A stretch of DNA of 57,712 nt, from NCBI GenBank assembly GCA_024641285.1, contig JAHEDH010000003.1, positions 1 to 57,712 on the forward strand, given 5' to 3'. Below, piece after piece: positions 30,820 to 41,169 of the stretch (the first letter of the stretch is position 1; the number at the start of each line of letters is the position of its first letter). Both the position numbers and the translations under genes were made by a program. Origin of the DNA: a bacterium. Its GTDB lineage: Bacteria; Actinomycetota; Acidimicrobiia; Spongiisociales; ZC4RG35. The notes beneath the pieces are model-generated. The model made no database searches, was not told the origin of the DNA, and saw only the letters and a program-made list of their open reading frames with translations.

Positions 30820-31587
30820 ATGGATGACCTACAGATTGCGCATGAGGCCGCCGAGGCGGGAGCCGAAGTGATCAGACGGCACTTCGGTCGTGGGGTCGAA
30901 GCCGAATGGAAGGGTGAGGTCGACCCGGTCACGGCGGTCGACCGTGAAGCAGAAGAGGCGGTGCTCGCGGTCATCCGACGGCGCCGGCCGTCCGATCGCA
31001 TACTGGCGGAGGAATCCGGCGGTGACGACTGGAACGAGGGTCGGGTGTGGATCGTCGACCCGCTCGACGGCACTGTCAACTTCGTCCACGGCCTGCCGCA
31101 GGTCGCCACCTCCGTCGGGCTTCGGTCGGACGGCCGTGGGCTGGTCGGCGTTGTCGCATCGGTGGTGAATCGTGAGGTCTTCGCCGCCGAGTCGGGGAAC
31201 GGCGCCACGCTCAACGGCAAACCGATCCACGTCTCATCGGAGCCGACGCCGTCCCGCGCGCTGGTCGGCACCGGATTCGCCTACGACCGGCAGCAACGCG
31301 CCCAGGAGATGGCGAACACGCTGGCCGGGGTGCTGCGCGAATTCCAGGGGATTCGCCGCATCGGCTCCGCCGCACTCGATCTCTGCTGGGTGGCGGCCGG
31401 CCGCATGGATGCCTACTGGGAGTACGGGGTGAGGCCCTGGGACACGGCCGCAGGGGCACTCATCGTCGCAGAGGCGGGCGGCCGAGTGACCGCGTTCGAC
31501 GGGATGCCGTATCCGCTCGACGACCCTGGCATCGTGGCAACCAACGGTCTGGTCCACGACGCACTCCTGCGGGCGATCCAACCGTGA
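30820..31587 (+). CDS. Inositol monophosphatase family protein (SuhB-like)
   Basis: [32 protein letters not shown]. Confidence 0.92.
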   Translation: MDDLQIAHEAAEAGAEVIRRHFGRGVEAEWKGEVDPVTAVDREAEEAVLAVIRRRRPSDRILAEESGGDDWNEGRVWIVDPLDGTVNFVHGLPQVATSVGLRSDGRGLVGVVASVVNREVFAAESGNGATLNGKPIHVSSEPTPSRALVGTGFAYDRQQRAQEMANTLAGVLREFQGIRRIGSAALDLCWVAAGRMDAYWEYGVRPWDTAAGALIVAEAGGRVTAFDGMPYPLDDPGIVATNGLVHDALLRAIQP

Positions 31588-33005
31588 CCCTGTACGAAGT
31601 CGATGCCGTCATCGATCGGACGGGCCTCATCGGTCGTCGCCTCGAGGTCGGCGAATCGACGGTCACGCTTGCGGACGAGAGCGGGCGAGCCGACGCCGGA
31701 ATCGTGCGGATGCCGGGTTTCATCGTCCCGGGACTCCGCGACGCCCACATCCATCTGGCATCGATCAGCGCGGCGACGACCGGTGTCACGCTCGCCGGTG
31801 CCCGGGACCTCGACGAGGTGAGCGAGCTGCTGGGTCGACACGGCGCCGGCGACATCGTTGCGATCGGATTCGACGAGACGGAGATGGCGGGAGCCGAGCT
31901 TCTCACGGCCGCCGAGCTCGATTCGGTCGTCGGCGACCGGGCAGTGCTCGTGTACCGAGTGTGCGGGCACATCGCCATGGCGAGCTCGGCAGCACTCGAC
32001 CGAGCAGGCGTCGGTGCCGCGACGCCTGATCCTCCGGGCGGATCGATCGACCGCGATCGCTCGGGACGACCGACCGGAGTCCTGCGGGAGACGGCGATCG
32101 ACCTCGTCTCGACCACGATGGAAGACACCGAACGCGGGGTGGGCGACGATCAGCTGTCGGCCACGATCACCCGGCTCCTGGAATTGGGACTGACATCGGT
32201 GACGGCGATGGTCCCCGCCGGCGCACCGGCGTGGTGTGGCCCCGATGACGAGCTCGACCGCCTGCTCGACCTCGGTGGAGGCCACGATCTCGGGATCGAC
32301 GCCGTGCTCATCTCGGATCGGGTCGAGGATCTCCGCTTCCACGCAGGGCGACTCGACGGCGAAGCGCTCCGGTTCGGAGGTTGGAAGGGCTTCGCCGACG
32401 GCAGCCTGGGTGGCCACACCGCAGCTCTCACGGCGCCGTATGCAGATCAGCCGGGGAACAGCGGGACGCTGAGGCAGGATTCGGATCGGTTCCGCGACCT
32501 CGCCGAGGCCGCCATCGAGCTGGACGGGTCGGTCTGCATTCACGCCATCGGGGATGAGGCCGTCTCGTCGGTCCTCGACTTGTTCAGCGACCTCGTCCGC
32601 CTTGGCGCGTCACCCGAGCGTCTCCGGGTCGAGCACGCCTCGATCCTGAGCCCGTCCCTGATCGATCGGATGGCCGACCTCGGGATCGTTGCATCCGTCC
32701 AGCCCGCGTTCGTCGCGTCCGACGCTCGATGGCTCGAACGGCGGCTCGGACCGACGCGAGCCAGGTGGGCCTATCCGTTCAGGTCGATGCTCGAAGCGGG
32801 CGTGCGGCTCGTCGGCGGTTCGGATGCCCCGGTCGAAGAGCCCGACCCGCTGGCGGGCGCCCGGGTAGCGGTCTCCCGGGCGGGATGGAGCGTCGAAGAG
32901 TCGCTCGGCCCCGACGAGGCGCTGGCGCTGTATGCAGACGGTGAGTTCACCGACAGAGCCGTCTGGGTGTCGTCAGACCTCGATCGCTTCGAGCGGCTGG
33001 CGTGA
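31584..33005 (+). CDS. YtcJ-like amidohydrolase (Amidohydro_3)
   Basis: [33 protein letters not shown]. Confidence 0.88.
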   Translation: MTLYEVDAVIDRTGLIGRRLEVGESTVTLADESGRADAGIVRMPGFIVPGLRDAHIHLASISAATTGVTLAGARDLDEVSELLGRHGAGDIVAIGFDETEMAGAELLTAAELDSVVGDRAVLVYRVCGHIAMASSAALDRAGVGAATPDPPGGSIDRDRSGRPTGVLRETAIDLVSTTMEDTERGVGDDQLSATITRLLELGLTSVTAMVPAGAPAWCGPDDELDRLLDLGGGHDLGIDAVLISDRVEDLRFHAGRLDGEALRFGGWKGFADGSLGGHTAALTAPYADQPGNSGTLRQDSDRFRDLAEAAIELDGSVCIHAIGDEAVSSVLDLFSDLVRLGASPERLRVEHASILSPSLIDRMADLGIVASVQPAFVASDARWLERRLGPTRARWAYPFRSMLEAGVRLVGGSDAPVEEPDPLAGARVAVSRAGWSVEESLGPDEALALYADGEFTDRAVWVSSDLDRFERLA

Positions 33006-33006
33006 C

Positions 33007-33237
33007 TCACCCGCGCAAGTGGGGGGCGACGTCCGATTCGTACTCGGCGTGCCGCTTCGTCTCCTTCTTCGAGTAGACGAGATCCCCGTCGACGGTCACT
33101 TCGAATACGCCTCCACTGGACGGGATCAGATGCACGTCATAGCGCGGTCCGAACTCCTCGAAGATCTCCTCAGCCATGCTCACGGCACGGCCCGTGTAGT
33201 TTCAAGAGCGGCAGAACTCGATGGTCACATTGGTCAT
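33007..33237 (-). CDS. SelW/SelT/SelH (Rdx) family selenoprotein, CxxU (not in ORF track)
   Basis: MTNVTIEFCRS-TGA-NYTGRAVSMAEEI...LIPSSGGVFEVTVDGDLVYSKK. In-frame TGA at 33204-33202 occupies the Rdx redox position. TACGAT -10 7 nt before the ATG. Confidence 0.9.
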
Positions 33238-33268
33238 GTCCGCCATCGTAGGAGGCAGCCGGAGCCGA

Positions 33269-33700
33269 TCAGAAGTGCTGATCGATGAGGATCGAGTTGC
33301 CGTCCGGATCGACGAGCGTGATATGACCAGGGCCGGAGTCGGCCTCCACCCGCTCGACAAGAGCGATCTCCTCGGCTTCGAGCCTCCGTTGGATCTCCCG
33401 AACGTCGGTGAACGATCCGAGCCGTTCCATCCGATTCGTCAGGCCCGGATTGAACGTGATCACGTTGCCTTCGAACATCCCGTGGAAGAGGCCGATCACG
33501 GCTTCACCGTTGACGAGGATCGACCAGGATTCGCCGTCACCGCCGGTCGGTTCGAAACCGAGACTGCGGTAGAAAGCAATCGATGCAGCCAGGTCGTCGA
33601 CGCTCAGCGAGATGGAGCAGGCGCCGAGCTCGAGATTGCCCGGCAGCCCCGGATACGCATTGTCGGCGACCGGCATTCCGGCCATCGGATCTTCGCTCAC
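33269..33700 (-). CDS. VOC/glyoxalase family protein
   Basis: [19 protein letters not shown] ... [12 protein letters not shown]. Confidence 0.88.
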   Translation of the reverse strand: MSEDPMAGMPVADNAYPGLPGNLELGACSISLSVDDLAASIAFYRSLGFEPTGGDGESWSILVNGEAVIGLFHGMFEGNVITFNPGLTNRMERLGSFTDVREIQRRLEAEEIALVERVEADSGPGHITLVDPDGNSILIDQHF

Positions 33701-33742
33701 GTGAACGCTCCTCGCTCGATTCCGATCCGAACATACGCGGGT

Positions 33743-34705
33743 TCACCGCCCATTCGCCGAGAAATGCTGAGGATCGGTGAGGGTCGCCCACCGCCCTCCC
33801 CAACCCCAGCCGATGGCGTCGAAGGCAGCCACAACCGCATCACCCTCGGAGATCATGCCCGGGAGCCCGAGCCCGCGGTCGGTGTATGCGGTCGCCAACT
33901 CCGGGAGCACGAGATCACCCTTCACGTACGGATTGTGGAAGGGATTGACGTCGATGGCGAGGCCATAGGCGTGTTGCGACCATGAGGCTCCCCCGGTGAC
34001 CGGACGGCAAACGAACGCGGTCGTCACGTTCCCATCGCCCGTCGGGGCCGCCTCGAGCTCTGGGGCGGCGATGATCCGGACCTCCTCGATGGGAAAGCCC
34101 GCTTCGAACATCGCCCGGAAGACCGACACCATGTCGTCGGCTGCGGACGCGTTGACGATCAAGTCCCCGAGATAGACGTTGCCGTCGAAGCCGACGTAGC
34201 TGACCGTCACGTAGGACAGCTCGTCGACGGTGACGGGACAGGCCTCCTGCCAGGTCGAGCGGGCGAGGACATCTAAGGGAATCGGGCCGGTCGTGGACTC
34301 GAAGGTGGGGCTGCCAGGGCGCAAGAAGGTCGACGGAGGGAACCGCCGGTCGATCAGCTCGAACGGAGTGGGCTGGATCTCGCCGTAGCCGTCGGGCCTC
34401 AATGGAAGCGGCCGCTCACCGAGCCAGTCGGGCCGCAGGAGCGAGCCGCGCCCGGGCCGGTCGACGGACTCTGCGGGCCGGTCGGCGAGCTGTTCCGAAG
34501 CCGCCTGATCGGCGAGCAGCTCTGCGACCGCGTCGTCGGAGGTCACAGGAGCGCCAGCCTGGACCGATTCCGTAGCCGGCAGATCGACCGGCGTCGACTC
34601 GGCGGCGAGGTCGGGCACCGTCTCCTCGGGTTGGAGAGATCCCGCCGGAGCGCCACAGGCGGTCGCGGCCAGCAAGAGCACAACGAGCAGCATCCCCCGG
34701 TTCAC
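33743..34705 (-). CDS. M15 family metallopeptidase lipoprotein (D,D-carboxypeptidase-like)
   Basis: Lipobox-like ATAC, SQHAYGLAIDVNP, WGWGG, DPQHF. TACATT 7 nt before the GTG at 34705. Confidence 0.85.
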   Translation of the reverse strand: MNRGMLLVVLLLAATACGAPAGSLQPEETVPDLAAESTPVDLPATESVQAGAPVTSDDAVAELLADQAASEQLADRPAESVDRPGRGSLLRPDWLGERPLPLRPDGYGEIQPTPFELIDRRFPPSTFLRPGSPTFESTTGPIPLDVLARSTWQEACPVTVDELSYVTVSYVGFDGNVYLGDLIVNASAADDMVSVFRAMFEAGFPIEEVRIIAAPELEAAPTGDGNVTTAFVCRPVTGGASWSQHAYGLAIDVNPFHNPYVKGDLVLPELATAYTDRGLGLPGMISEGDAVVAAFDAIGWGWGGRWATLTDPQHFSANGR

Positions 34706-34747
34706 GAGTGACAATGTACCGCACCATCACCCTTCCCCAGGGGTTGA

Positions 34748-34966
34748 TGTCCCCCAGCCTGCTTGGGGAAGGGACCTTGCCTCGATTGTGACTACAGCGT
34801 CGTTCGGACGCCGCAACCTGCAAGCACGCATCGAGGGCTTGCGGGTGGGGGGATGCCAACCCAACCGAGCCCTCCACAAGAGGCCTGCTCGGCGCGAGCG
34901 CAGACCCCCTACGTCCAAGGCTCGTCCCTCGTCTTGCAGGAACCTTCCCCCACTCCCTGGGGGACA
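34748..34966. other. Highly structured intergenic element (candidate ncRNA or MITE/REP-like element)
   Basis: Terminal inverted repeats TGTCCCCCAG/CTGGGGGACA and GGGGAAGG/CCTTCCCC enclosing several nested stems. Confidence 0.45.
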
Positions 34967-35029
34967 ACGACCACGAGCAGCGGTCGGCCCGTTGGGGAGC
35001 AAAGCGTCGAGAACCCGTATCGTTGACGA

Positions 35030-36988
35030 ATGCTCTTCGACTACACCACCGTCAACCCGGAGTCCATCACCGCCGACGTCGACCGGACGCTCGCCGCCGC
35101 AGACAGGATCGTGGACGAGGTCGTCGCATCTGCCGCCGATCCCGCCTATGCCTCGACGCTCGGCCGACTCGAGGACGTCGGAGACATGACGGCATCGCTG
35201 TTCGGAAGGACGGCCTTCATGGGCTACGTCCACCCCGACGAGGCGACGAGAACCGCCGGACAACAGCTCGAGGAGCGGATCTCCAAGTGGGGCATCGACA
35301 TCTCGTTCCGGCCGGAGCTCTTCGAAGCCGTCAAGGCCTTCTCCCAGACCGACGAGGCTCGAGCACTCACCGGCGAACGGGCCCGGCTGCTCGAATTCAC
35401 CTTGCGAGACTTCCGGAAGGCGGGCCACGAGCTGTCGAAACCCGATCAGTCTCGCCTCAAGGAACTGAGCAACCGGCTCGTCGAGCTGGGAACCCGGTTC
35501 CAGAAGAACATCGCAGATGTCGACGACACCTTGGTCGTGACCCGCGACGACCTCGAAGGCATGCCCGATTGGTACGCCGACTCGCTCGAGCGGACCCAGG
35601 ACGGCGACGGGCTCAAGATCACGATGGCCTACCCCCATGTCATCCCATTCGTCCAGAACGCCTCCCGACGCGATCTGCGAGAGGCGCTGATGTTCAAGTT
35701 CAACAATCGGGCACGCGAGGCGAATCGACTCATCCTTGCGGAGGCCGTAGAAGTCCGCCAGGAGATCGCCGAGCTCTTCGGCCAGGAGTCCTGGGCCAAT
35801 CACCTCCTCGACGAACGCATGGCCGAGAACCCCGAGAACGTCTTCGACTTCTACGACTCGCTTCGCGATCCGCTGCAAGCTGCTGCGCGGGAGGAGATCG
35901 CGCTCATGACCGAGCTGCTGCGACGCGACACGGGCGACGACACCGCCGTCCTCCAGTCGTACGACTGGCAGTACTACGACACACTCCTCCGCAAGACCGA
36001 GTACGGCGTCGACCCCAACGAGGTGTCGCAGTACTTCGAGTTGGGACAGGTCCTCGACGGCATGTTCGAGGTCACCGGAGATGTGTTCGGCCTCACCTAC
36101 GAGCGAGTCGATGCTCCGACGTGGCACCCCGACGTCATCACGTACGCGATCCACGATTCGGGGTCCGGTGACCTCATCTCGCACTTCTACATGGACCTCT
36201 TCCCCCGTGAGGCGAAGTTCAGCCACGCCGCCGCATTCCCACTCGTGCCGGGACGGCGTCTGGCGGACGGCTCCTATCAGCACCCGGTCTCGGCGATCGT
36301 CGCCAATGTCACCAAGCCGACCGACGAACGCCCTTCGCTCCTCCAGCATCAGGAGGTCGAGACGATGTTCCACGAGTTCGGTCACATCCTCCACCAGACA
36401 TTGACCACGGCCGAGTTGGTCCGGTTCTCGGGAACCAGCGTGGAACGCGACTTCGTGGAGGCGCCGTCGCAGATCATGGAGCACTGGACATGGAAGCCCG
36501 ACGTGCTCCAACGGTTCGCTAAGCACCACGAGACGGGCGAGCCGATACCAGAGGACCTGGTGGATCGACTCGTCGCAGCCAAGAACCTCAACGTCGCGCT
36601 CACGAAACTCAGGCAGATGACGTACGGCACACTCGACCTGAAGCTCCACGGGCCCAACCCCGACCGCGATCTGGACAAGGCACTGGAGGACGCCAACGCC
36701 GTCTCGCTGTTGCCGCTCCACGAGGGCACGTTCTTTCCCGCCAGCTTCGGGCACATGTTCGGATACGACGCCGGTTACTACGGTTATCTGTGGTCCGAGG
36801 TCTATGGCGACGACATGTGGTCACGCTTCGAGGAGGAGGGTTACACCAGCCCTCGAGTCGGTGCCGACTACCGACGCGAGATCCTCGAAGCCGGGGGAAC
36901 CCGAGACGGCATGGAACACCTCCGTGCGTTCCTCGGGCGCGAACCCGACAACTCCGCCTTCCTCGTCAATCTCGGCATCGTCGGGTGA
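35030..36988 (+). CDS. M3 family metallopeptidase (thimet oligopeptidase-like)
   Basis: FHEFGH, DFVEAPSQ, YDAGYYGYLWS. Confidence 0.95.
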   Translation: MLFDYTTVNPESITADVDRTLAAADRIVDEVVASAADPAYASTLGRLEDVGDMTASLFGRTAFMGYVHPDEATRTAGQQLEERISKWGIDISFRPELFEAVKAFSQTDEARALTGERARLLEFTLRDFRKAGHELSKPDQSRLKELSNRLVELGTRFQKNIADVDDTLVVTRDDLEGMPDWYADSLERTQDGDGLKITMAYPHVIPFVQNASRRDLREALMFKFNNRAREANRLILAEAVEVRQEIAELFGQESWANHLLDERMAENPENVFDFYDSLRDPLQAAAREEIALMTELLRRDTGDDTAVLQSYDWQYYDTLLRKTEYGVDPNEVSQYFELGQVLDGMFEVTGDVFGLTYERVDAPTWHPDVITYAIHDSGSGDLISHFYMDLFPREAKFSHAAAFPLVPGRRLADGSYQHPVSAIVANVTKPTDERPSLLQHQEVETMFHEFGHILHQTLTTAELVRFSGTSVERDFVEAPSQIMEHWTWKPDVLQRFAKHHETGEPIPEDLVDRLVAAKNLNVALTKLRQMTYGTLDLKLHGPNPDRDLDKALEDANAVSLLPLHEGTFFPASFGHMFGYDAGYYGYLWSEVYGDDMWSRFEEEGYTSPRVGADYRREILEAGGTRDGMEHLRAFLGREPDNSAFLVNLGIVG

Positions 36989-37182
36989 TTCGTGAACCGA
37001 ATCGCTGTTTAGCGCTAAAATCTGGGCAGTCGTCAAGGGATTCGTGACACCCGGCGGGGGTTCTTTACATCCACTTGACACGCTCGCTCCGAATATGGGG
37101 CAAAGAAGCATCGGATGTGGGGAAGAAACACCCGATTCGAGACGTTGACGAGGATGACCGGCCGACCTGAAGGAGGCCCAAC

Positions 37183-37380
37183 ATGTCGGACACAGCGATG
37201 AAAGGGCGGAGCATCAAGGGAGTTGCCCGCCCGTCGAAGGATTTCGGTGACGGACGCACGTGTATCCAGGACGGGTGCATCACCAAGCTCAGTCGCTACA
37301 ACAAGCGCGATCACTGCTATCTCCACGCCCCGGTGAAGTACCCCCGTGTCCGCGGTCGGATCCTTCCTGAAGGCACCTGA
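37183..37380 (+). CDS. Small basic protein with C-x4-C-x12-C-x2-H putative zinc finger
   Basis: AAGGAGG RBS, coding-like codon usage, own downstream terminator. Confidence 0.8.
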   Translation: MSDTAMKGRSIKGVARPSKDFGDGRTCIQDGCITKLSRYNKRDHCYLHAPVKYPRVRGRILPEGT

Positions 37381-37451
37381 TCGACGACAGACTTCGGAGC
37401 CTCTGGCGAGTTCGGTTCTCTCCCTCCACCTCCCCCGCCACGCTCTGATCC

Positions 37452-37493
37452 CAGGAATCCCGGCCGAACACACGGCCGGGATTCCTGTCGTTT
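37452..37493 (+). terminator. Intrinsic terminator
   Basis: 15-bp perfect stem CAGGAATCCCGGCCG-N6-CGGCCGGGATTCCTG followed by TCGTTT. Confidence 0.85.
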
Positions 37494-37700
37494 GTCCTCA
37501 CCTGCGGCCTGCTCGCTCGGGGCCCCTGCTTTCGAGAAGCCGTCGCACGGCCGCCCCATCGGCTTGCTGACCGATCGTGTGTTCCCCGAAAGGGGGGACA
37601 GGCTGCCCCCTGGGGCAACCAGGGGTGCTCTCGAGAAAGAATTCCCGCGGCTGCCTCCATGGCTTGCTGACGCAAGCCTCCTGCGGGAGAAAGTGTGACC

Positions 37701-37724
37701 CCACCCCCCGGGGGGTGGTATACT
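37701..37724 (+). promoter_or_regulatory. CsoR operator (C-tract/G-tract palindrome) abutting the -10 element
   Basis: Perfect palindrome CCACCCCCC-GGGGGGTGG followed directly by TATACT, 7 nt before the csoR ATG. Confidence 0.85.
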
Positions 37725-37731
37725 GCTGCGG

Positions 37732-38034
37732 ATGAAGGCTCAGCACAAGACATCGGCGCTCAACCGGCTGAAGACGGTCCGGGGGCATCTCAATGCCGTG
37801 ATCGACATGGTCGAGGACGAGAAGTACTGCCCCGACATCATGAAGCAGGTCTCGGCATTGCAGGCGTCGCTCGAGAAGGTCAATCGGGTCCTCCTGCAGA
37901 ATCATCTCGAGACCTGTGTGACCCATGCGGTCGCAGAGGGCCGTACCGCCGAGATCGTCGACGAGCTGCTCGAGACCATGAAGTACACCGCCGCGGTCAC
38001 CGGGCCCGGCCCCATCGAACTGGAGACACCATGA
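37732..38034 (+). CDS. csoR: Copper-sensing repressor, CsoR family
   Basis: RLKTVRGHL, YCPDI, HLETC (Cys/His/Cys ligands). Confidence 0.92.
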   Translation: MKAQHKTSALNRLKTVRGHLNAVIDMVEDEKYCPDIMKQVSALQASLEKVNRVLLQNHLETCVTHAVAEGRTAEIVDELLETMKYTAAVTGPGPIELETP

Positions 38035-38240
38035 CCACCACCACTCTGAACGTTCCGGACATCTCCTGCGGGCACTGCAAGATGTCGATCGAAGGTGCCG
38101 TCAATCAACTGGCCGGGATCGATAGCGTCGAAGTCTCGATCGAGGGCAAGACGGTTGCCATCTCGTACGGCGAAGCCGTGACCCTCGACGCCATCATCGA
38201 AGCAATCGAAGAGCAGGGCTACGACGTCGCGTCGAACTGA
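38031..38240 (+). CDS. copZ: Copper chaperone
   Basis: 69-aa HMA domain with SCGHC. Confidence 0.92.
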   Translation: MTTTTLNVPDISCGHCKMSIEGAVNQLAGIDSVEVSIEGKTVAISYGEAVTLDAIIEAIEEQGYDVASN

Positions 38241-38259
38241 CGCCCTGCGAGAGGAAACC

Positions 38260-40428
38260 ATGCCCGATGTGACCACCCGCCCCGAGACGCTGACCTTCGA
38301 GGTCGACGGCATGACCTGCGCCGCCTGCGCCAACCGTATCGAACGCGTGCTCGGCAAACAGGAAGGGGTCGAAACCGCCGTCGTCAACTTCACCGGAGCC
38401 GAGGCCAAGGTCCGCTCGGATGTCCCGCTGGACCCCGATTCACTCCGCGAGGCCGTAAAGAGGATCGGTTACGACATCCGGGTCGTGTCCGAGGACGACC
38501 AGCGCCAGTCACTCGTCGAGAAGTACTCCGAAGAGGAGCGGGTCCAGTGGCGGCGGTTCTGGATCGCATTGGGGCTGAGCGCTCCCCTCATGGGGCTCGC
38601 CATGTTCGGCCCCGAGTCACAGTGGAATCGCATCCTCCAGCTCGTCCTCGCAACCCCGGTCGTGTTCTGGATCGGAGCGCAGTTCCACATCGTGGCGGCC
38701 AAGCAACTCAGGTCATTCGGCGCGTCGATGGACACCCTCATCTCCCTGGGGACCCTCGTCGCCTGGTTCTACTCGGTGTGGGCGCTGTTCGCCGACGAGG
38801 CGGTCTTTTTCGAGACCGGCGCCATGATCATCACGCTGATCACACTGGGCCGCGCCTTCGAGGCGAGGGCGAAGGGCCGGGCATCGTCGGCGATCACTGC
38901 ACTCCTCGAGCTCGGGGCCAAAGAGGCACGCGTCATGCGGAACGGGTCCGAGACGACGATCCCGATCGATCGCGTCCTCCCCGGTGACATCATGATCGTG
39001 CGTCCCGGTGAGAAGATCCCCACCGACGGCAAGATCGTGTCAGGCGCTTCATCGCTCGACGAATCGATGCTCACCGGAGAGTCGATCCCCGTCGACAAGG
39101 CACCCGGAGACGTGGTCTACGGAGCGACCGTCAACCAGCAGGGACGTCTCGAGATCAGTGCCACGCAAGTCGGTTCGGATACCGCACTCGCTCAGATCGT
39201 GAGGCTCGTCGAGAACGCCCAGGCGTCGAAGGCCCCGGTCCAGCGGCTGGCCGACCGGATCTCGGCCGTCTTCGTCCCGGTCGTCATCACCATCGCACTC
39301 GCCACGTTCGGTGTGTGGATGCTCGTGGGTGATTCGACGGCGGAGGCGATTCAGGCGGCCGTCGCCGTCCTGATCATCGCCTGCCCATGCGCCCTCGGAC
39401 TGGCCACTCCGACGGCGATCATGTTGGGCTCGGCACGAGGGGCCGAACTGGGCGTGCTCTTCAAGCGGGCCGACGTCTTCGAACGGTCCCGAGTCATCGA
39501 CCGTGTCCTGTTCGACAAGACCGGGACGCTCACGACGGGTGTGATGAGTCTCACCGATGTCGAGACGGACATGGACGTCGCCGAGTTCCTCCGGCTCGCC
39601 GGATCCGTCGAGGCCGCCTCTGAGCATCCGATCGGACGAGCGGTTGCGCTCGGAGTCGAAGAGCGCGACATCGATCTCACCAGCGTTACCGAATTCGAAT
39701 CGGTGGCCGGCCACGGCGTGGAGGGAACAGTCGACGGACACAGGGTCGTCGTCGGGAAGTCGAAGTTTCTGGCAGACCGCGGCTTCATGATCCCGGCCGT
39801 GCTCATCGACCGACTCGAAGCCATCGAGTCGTCTGCCCGAACGGCTTTCGTGGTCGGAGTCGACGGCGACGCCGTCGGTGTGATCGGAGTCGCAGATCAG
39901 GTCCGCGAGACTTCGGCGTCGGCGATCCGCTCACTCACCGGTGCCGGAGTGAACGCCACGATGATCACAGGCGACAACCACCGCACCGCCGAATCGATCG
40001 CGGCACAGCTCGGGATGACCGACGTCGTTGCCGGAGTCCTGCCCGGAGGAAAGGCGGACGAGGTCGAACGATTCCAGCGCAACGGCGAGACGGTTGCCTT
40101 CGTCGGCGACGGGATCAACGACGCCCCGGCCCTGACGAGGGCGGACATCGGCATGGCAGTCGGGACCGGCACCGATGTCGCCATCGAAGCCGGCGACATC
40201 GTCTTGATGTCGGGTAATCCGGCGCTGGTCGATACGTCCATCCGACTCGCCACAAAGACGTTCAAGACGATCCGGGAGAACCTCTTCTGGGCCTTCTTCT
40301 ACAACACGGCCGCGATTCCCCTGGCAGCCCTCGGATTCCTGAATCCGATGATCGCAGCCGGGGCCATGGCGTTCTCCTCGGTGTCGGTGGTCACGAACAG
40401 CCTCCGCCTCCGTCGCTGGAGCCCCTGA
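38260..40428 (+). CDS. copA: Cu(I)-translocating P1B-type ATPase
   Basis: GMTCAAC, TGES, CPC, DKTGT, HP, GDGIND, YN and MAFSS copper ligands. Confidence 0.95.
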   Translation: MPDVTTRPETLTFEVDGMTCAACANRIERVLGKQEGVETAVVNFTGAEAKVRSDVPLDPDSLREAVKRIGYDIRVVSEDDQRQSLVEKYSEEERVQWRRFWIALGLSAPLMGLAMFGPESQWNRILQLVLATPVVFWIGAQFHIVAAKQLRSFGASMDTLISLGTLVAWFYSVWALFADEAVFFETGAMIITLITLGRAFEARAKGRASSAITALLELGAKEARVMRNGSETTIPIDRVLPGDIMIVRPGEKIPTDGKIVSGASSLDESMLTGESIPVDKAPGDVVYGATVNQQGRLEISATQVGSDTALAQIVRLVENAQASKAPVQRLADRISAVFVPVVITIALATFGVWMLVGDSTAEAIQAAVAVLIIACPCALGLATPTAIMLGSARGAELGVLFKRADVFERSRVIDRVLFDKTGTLTTGVMSLTDVETDMDVAEFLRLAGSVEAASEHPIGRAVALGVEERDIDLTSVTEFESVAGHGVEGTVDGHRVVVGKSKFLADRGFMIPAVLIDRLEAIESSARTAFVVGVDGDAVGVIGVADQVRETSASAIRSLTGAGVNATMITGDNHRTAESIAAQLGMTDVVAGVLPGGKADEVERFQRNGETVAFVGDGINDAPALTRADIGMAVGTGTDVAIEAGDIVLMSGNPALVDTSIRLATKTFKTIRENLFWAFFYNTAAIPLAALGFLNPMIAAGAMAFSSVSVVTNSLRLRRWSP

Positions 40429-40429
40429 C

Positions 40430-41104
40430 CTACGCGGCGAACCTCATCTCCCGACGGAACTTCTTCCAATCCGAGGAAGTGGTCGACCACACCACGTCGG
40501 TGACGATCTGGGCGATCCCTACGGCAATGAGCAGCGTCGTGGTCCACCATGGGACCGAGATCACGAGCGCCGGCCCGAGGGCGAGGAACGGGATGGCCTT
40601 CGTGACGATCGCGCCGGCCGCGTGCATCCACGCCCGTGAGCGGGCCGGCGCGGCGAGATAGGTGGCGTAGTCGACCTTGACTCCCGGCTGCGGCCGGGTC
40701 ACCGTGCCGATGAACCAATGTGTGAATCGCATCCCGAAGACACGCCCGACGACGAGGTGCGCAAGCCCGTGGGTGGTGACGAGCGTCACTGCTGTCCCGG
40801 CCAAGAGCAGCAGTCCGGCTGCGGTGGATCCGGCCGAATACGCCATCCACACCAGCACCAGACCGAAGATCGTTCCCGAGCCCATCACCGATGTCCCCAC
40901 CGCAAATGGCACCGTGATGAGCGCCCACGCCTCGAACGCCCTGCGGTCGATGGTGGCGATGCGATCGGCGTACTTCTCGACCAACTCCGGGTTCGCCTTC
41001 ACGGCCCCAACGGCCTTCCAGAACCCGGTGCCTGCGAGCCCTGTGCTCGAGGCCACTGCCGATTCGGCCGATTCGAGTGCCTGTTCGATCCCGGCTTGAT
41101 CCAT
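40430..41104 (-). CDS. Hypothetical membrane protein
   Basis: Four hydrophobic segments. THGLAH resembles an M50-type HExxH with the Glu replaced. Confidence 0.65.
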   Translation of the reverse strand: MDQAGIEQALESAESAVASSTGLAGTGFWKAVGAVKANPELVEKYADRIATIDRRAFEAWALITVPFAVGTSVMGSGTIFGLVLVWMAYSAGSTAAGLLLLAGTAVTLVTTHGLAHLVVGRVFGMRFTHWFIGTVTRPQPGVKVDYATYLAAPARSRAWMHAAGAIVTKAIPFLALGPALVISVPWWTTTLLIAVGIAQIVTDVVWSTTSSDWKKFRREMRFAA

Positions 41105-41169
41105 CACCTGCTCCCTCGCTGTTCGTCCTTCGGACGGTACCCCATCCGACACTGCGGTAGCTTGCATCC

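Noticed and set aside
25151-36754. Long antisense or alternative-frame ORFs (e.g. 25151-27220, 34727-36754; also 17035-18336, 23707-25086)
   Set aside because: Typical high-GC shadow ORFs overlapping well-supported genes, with no motifs.
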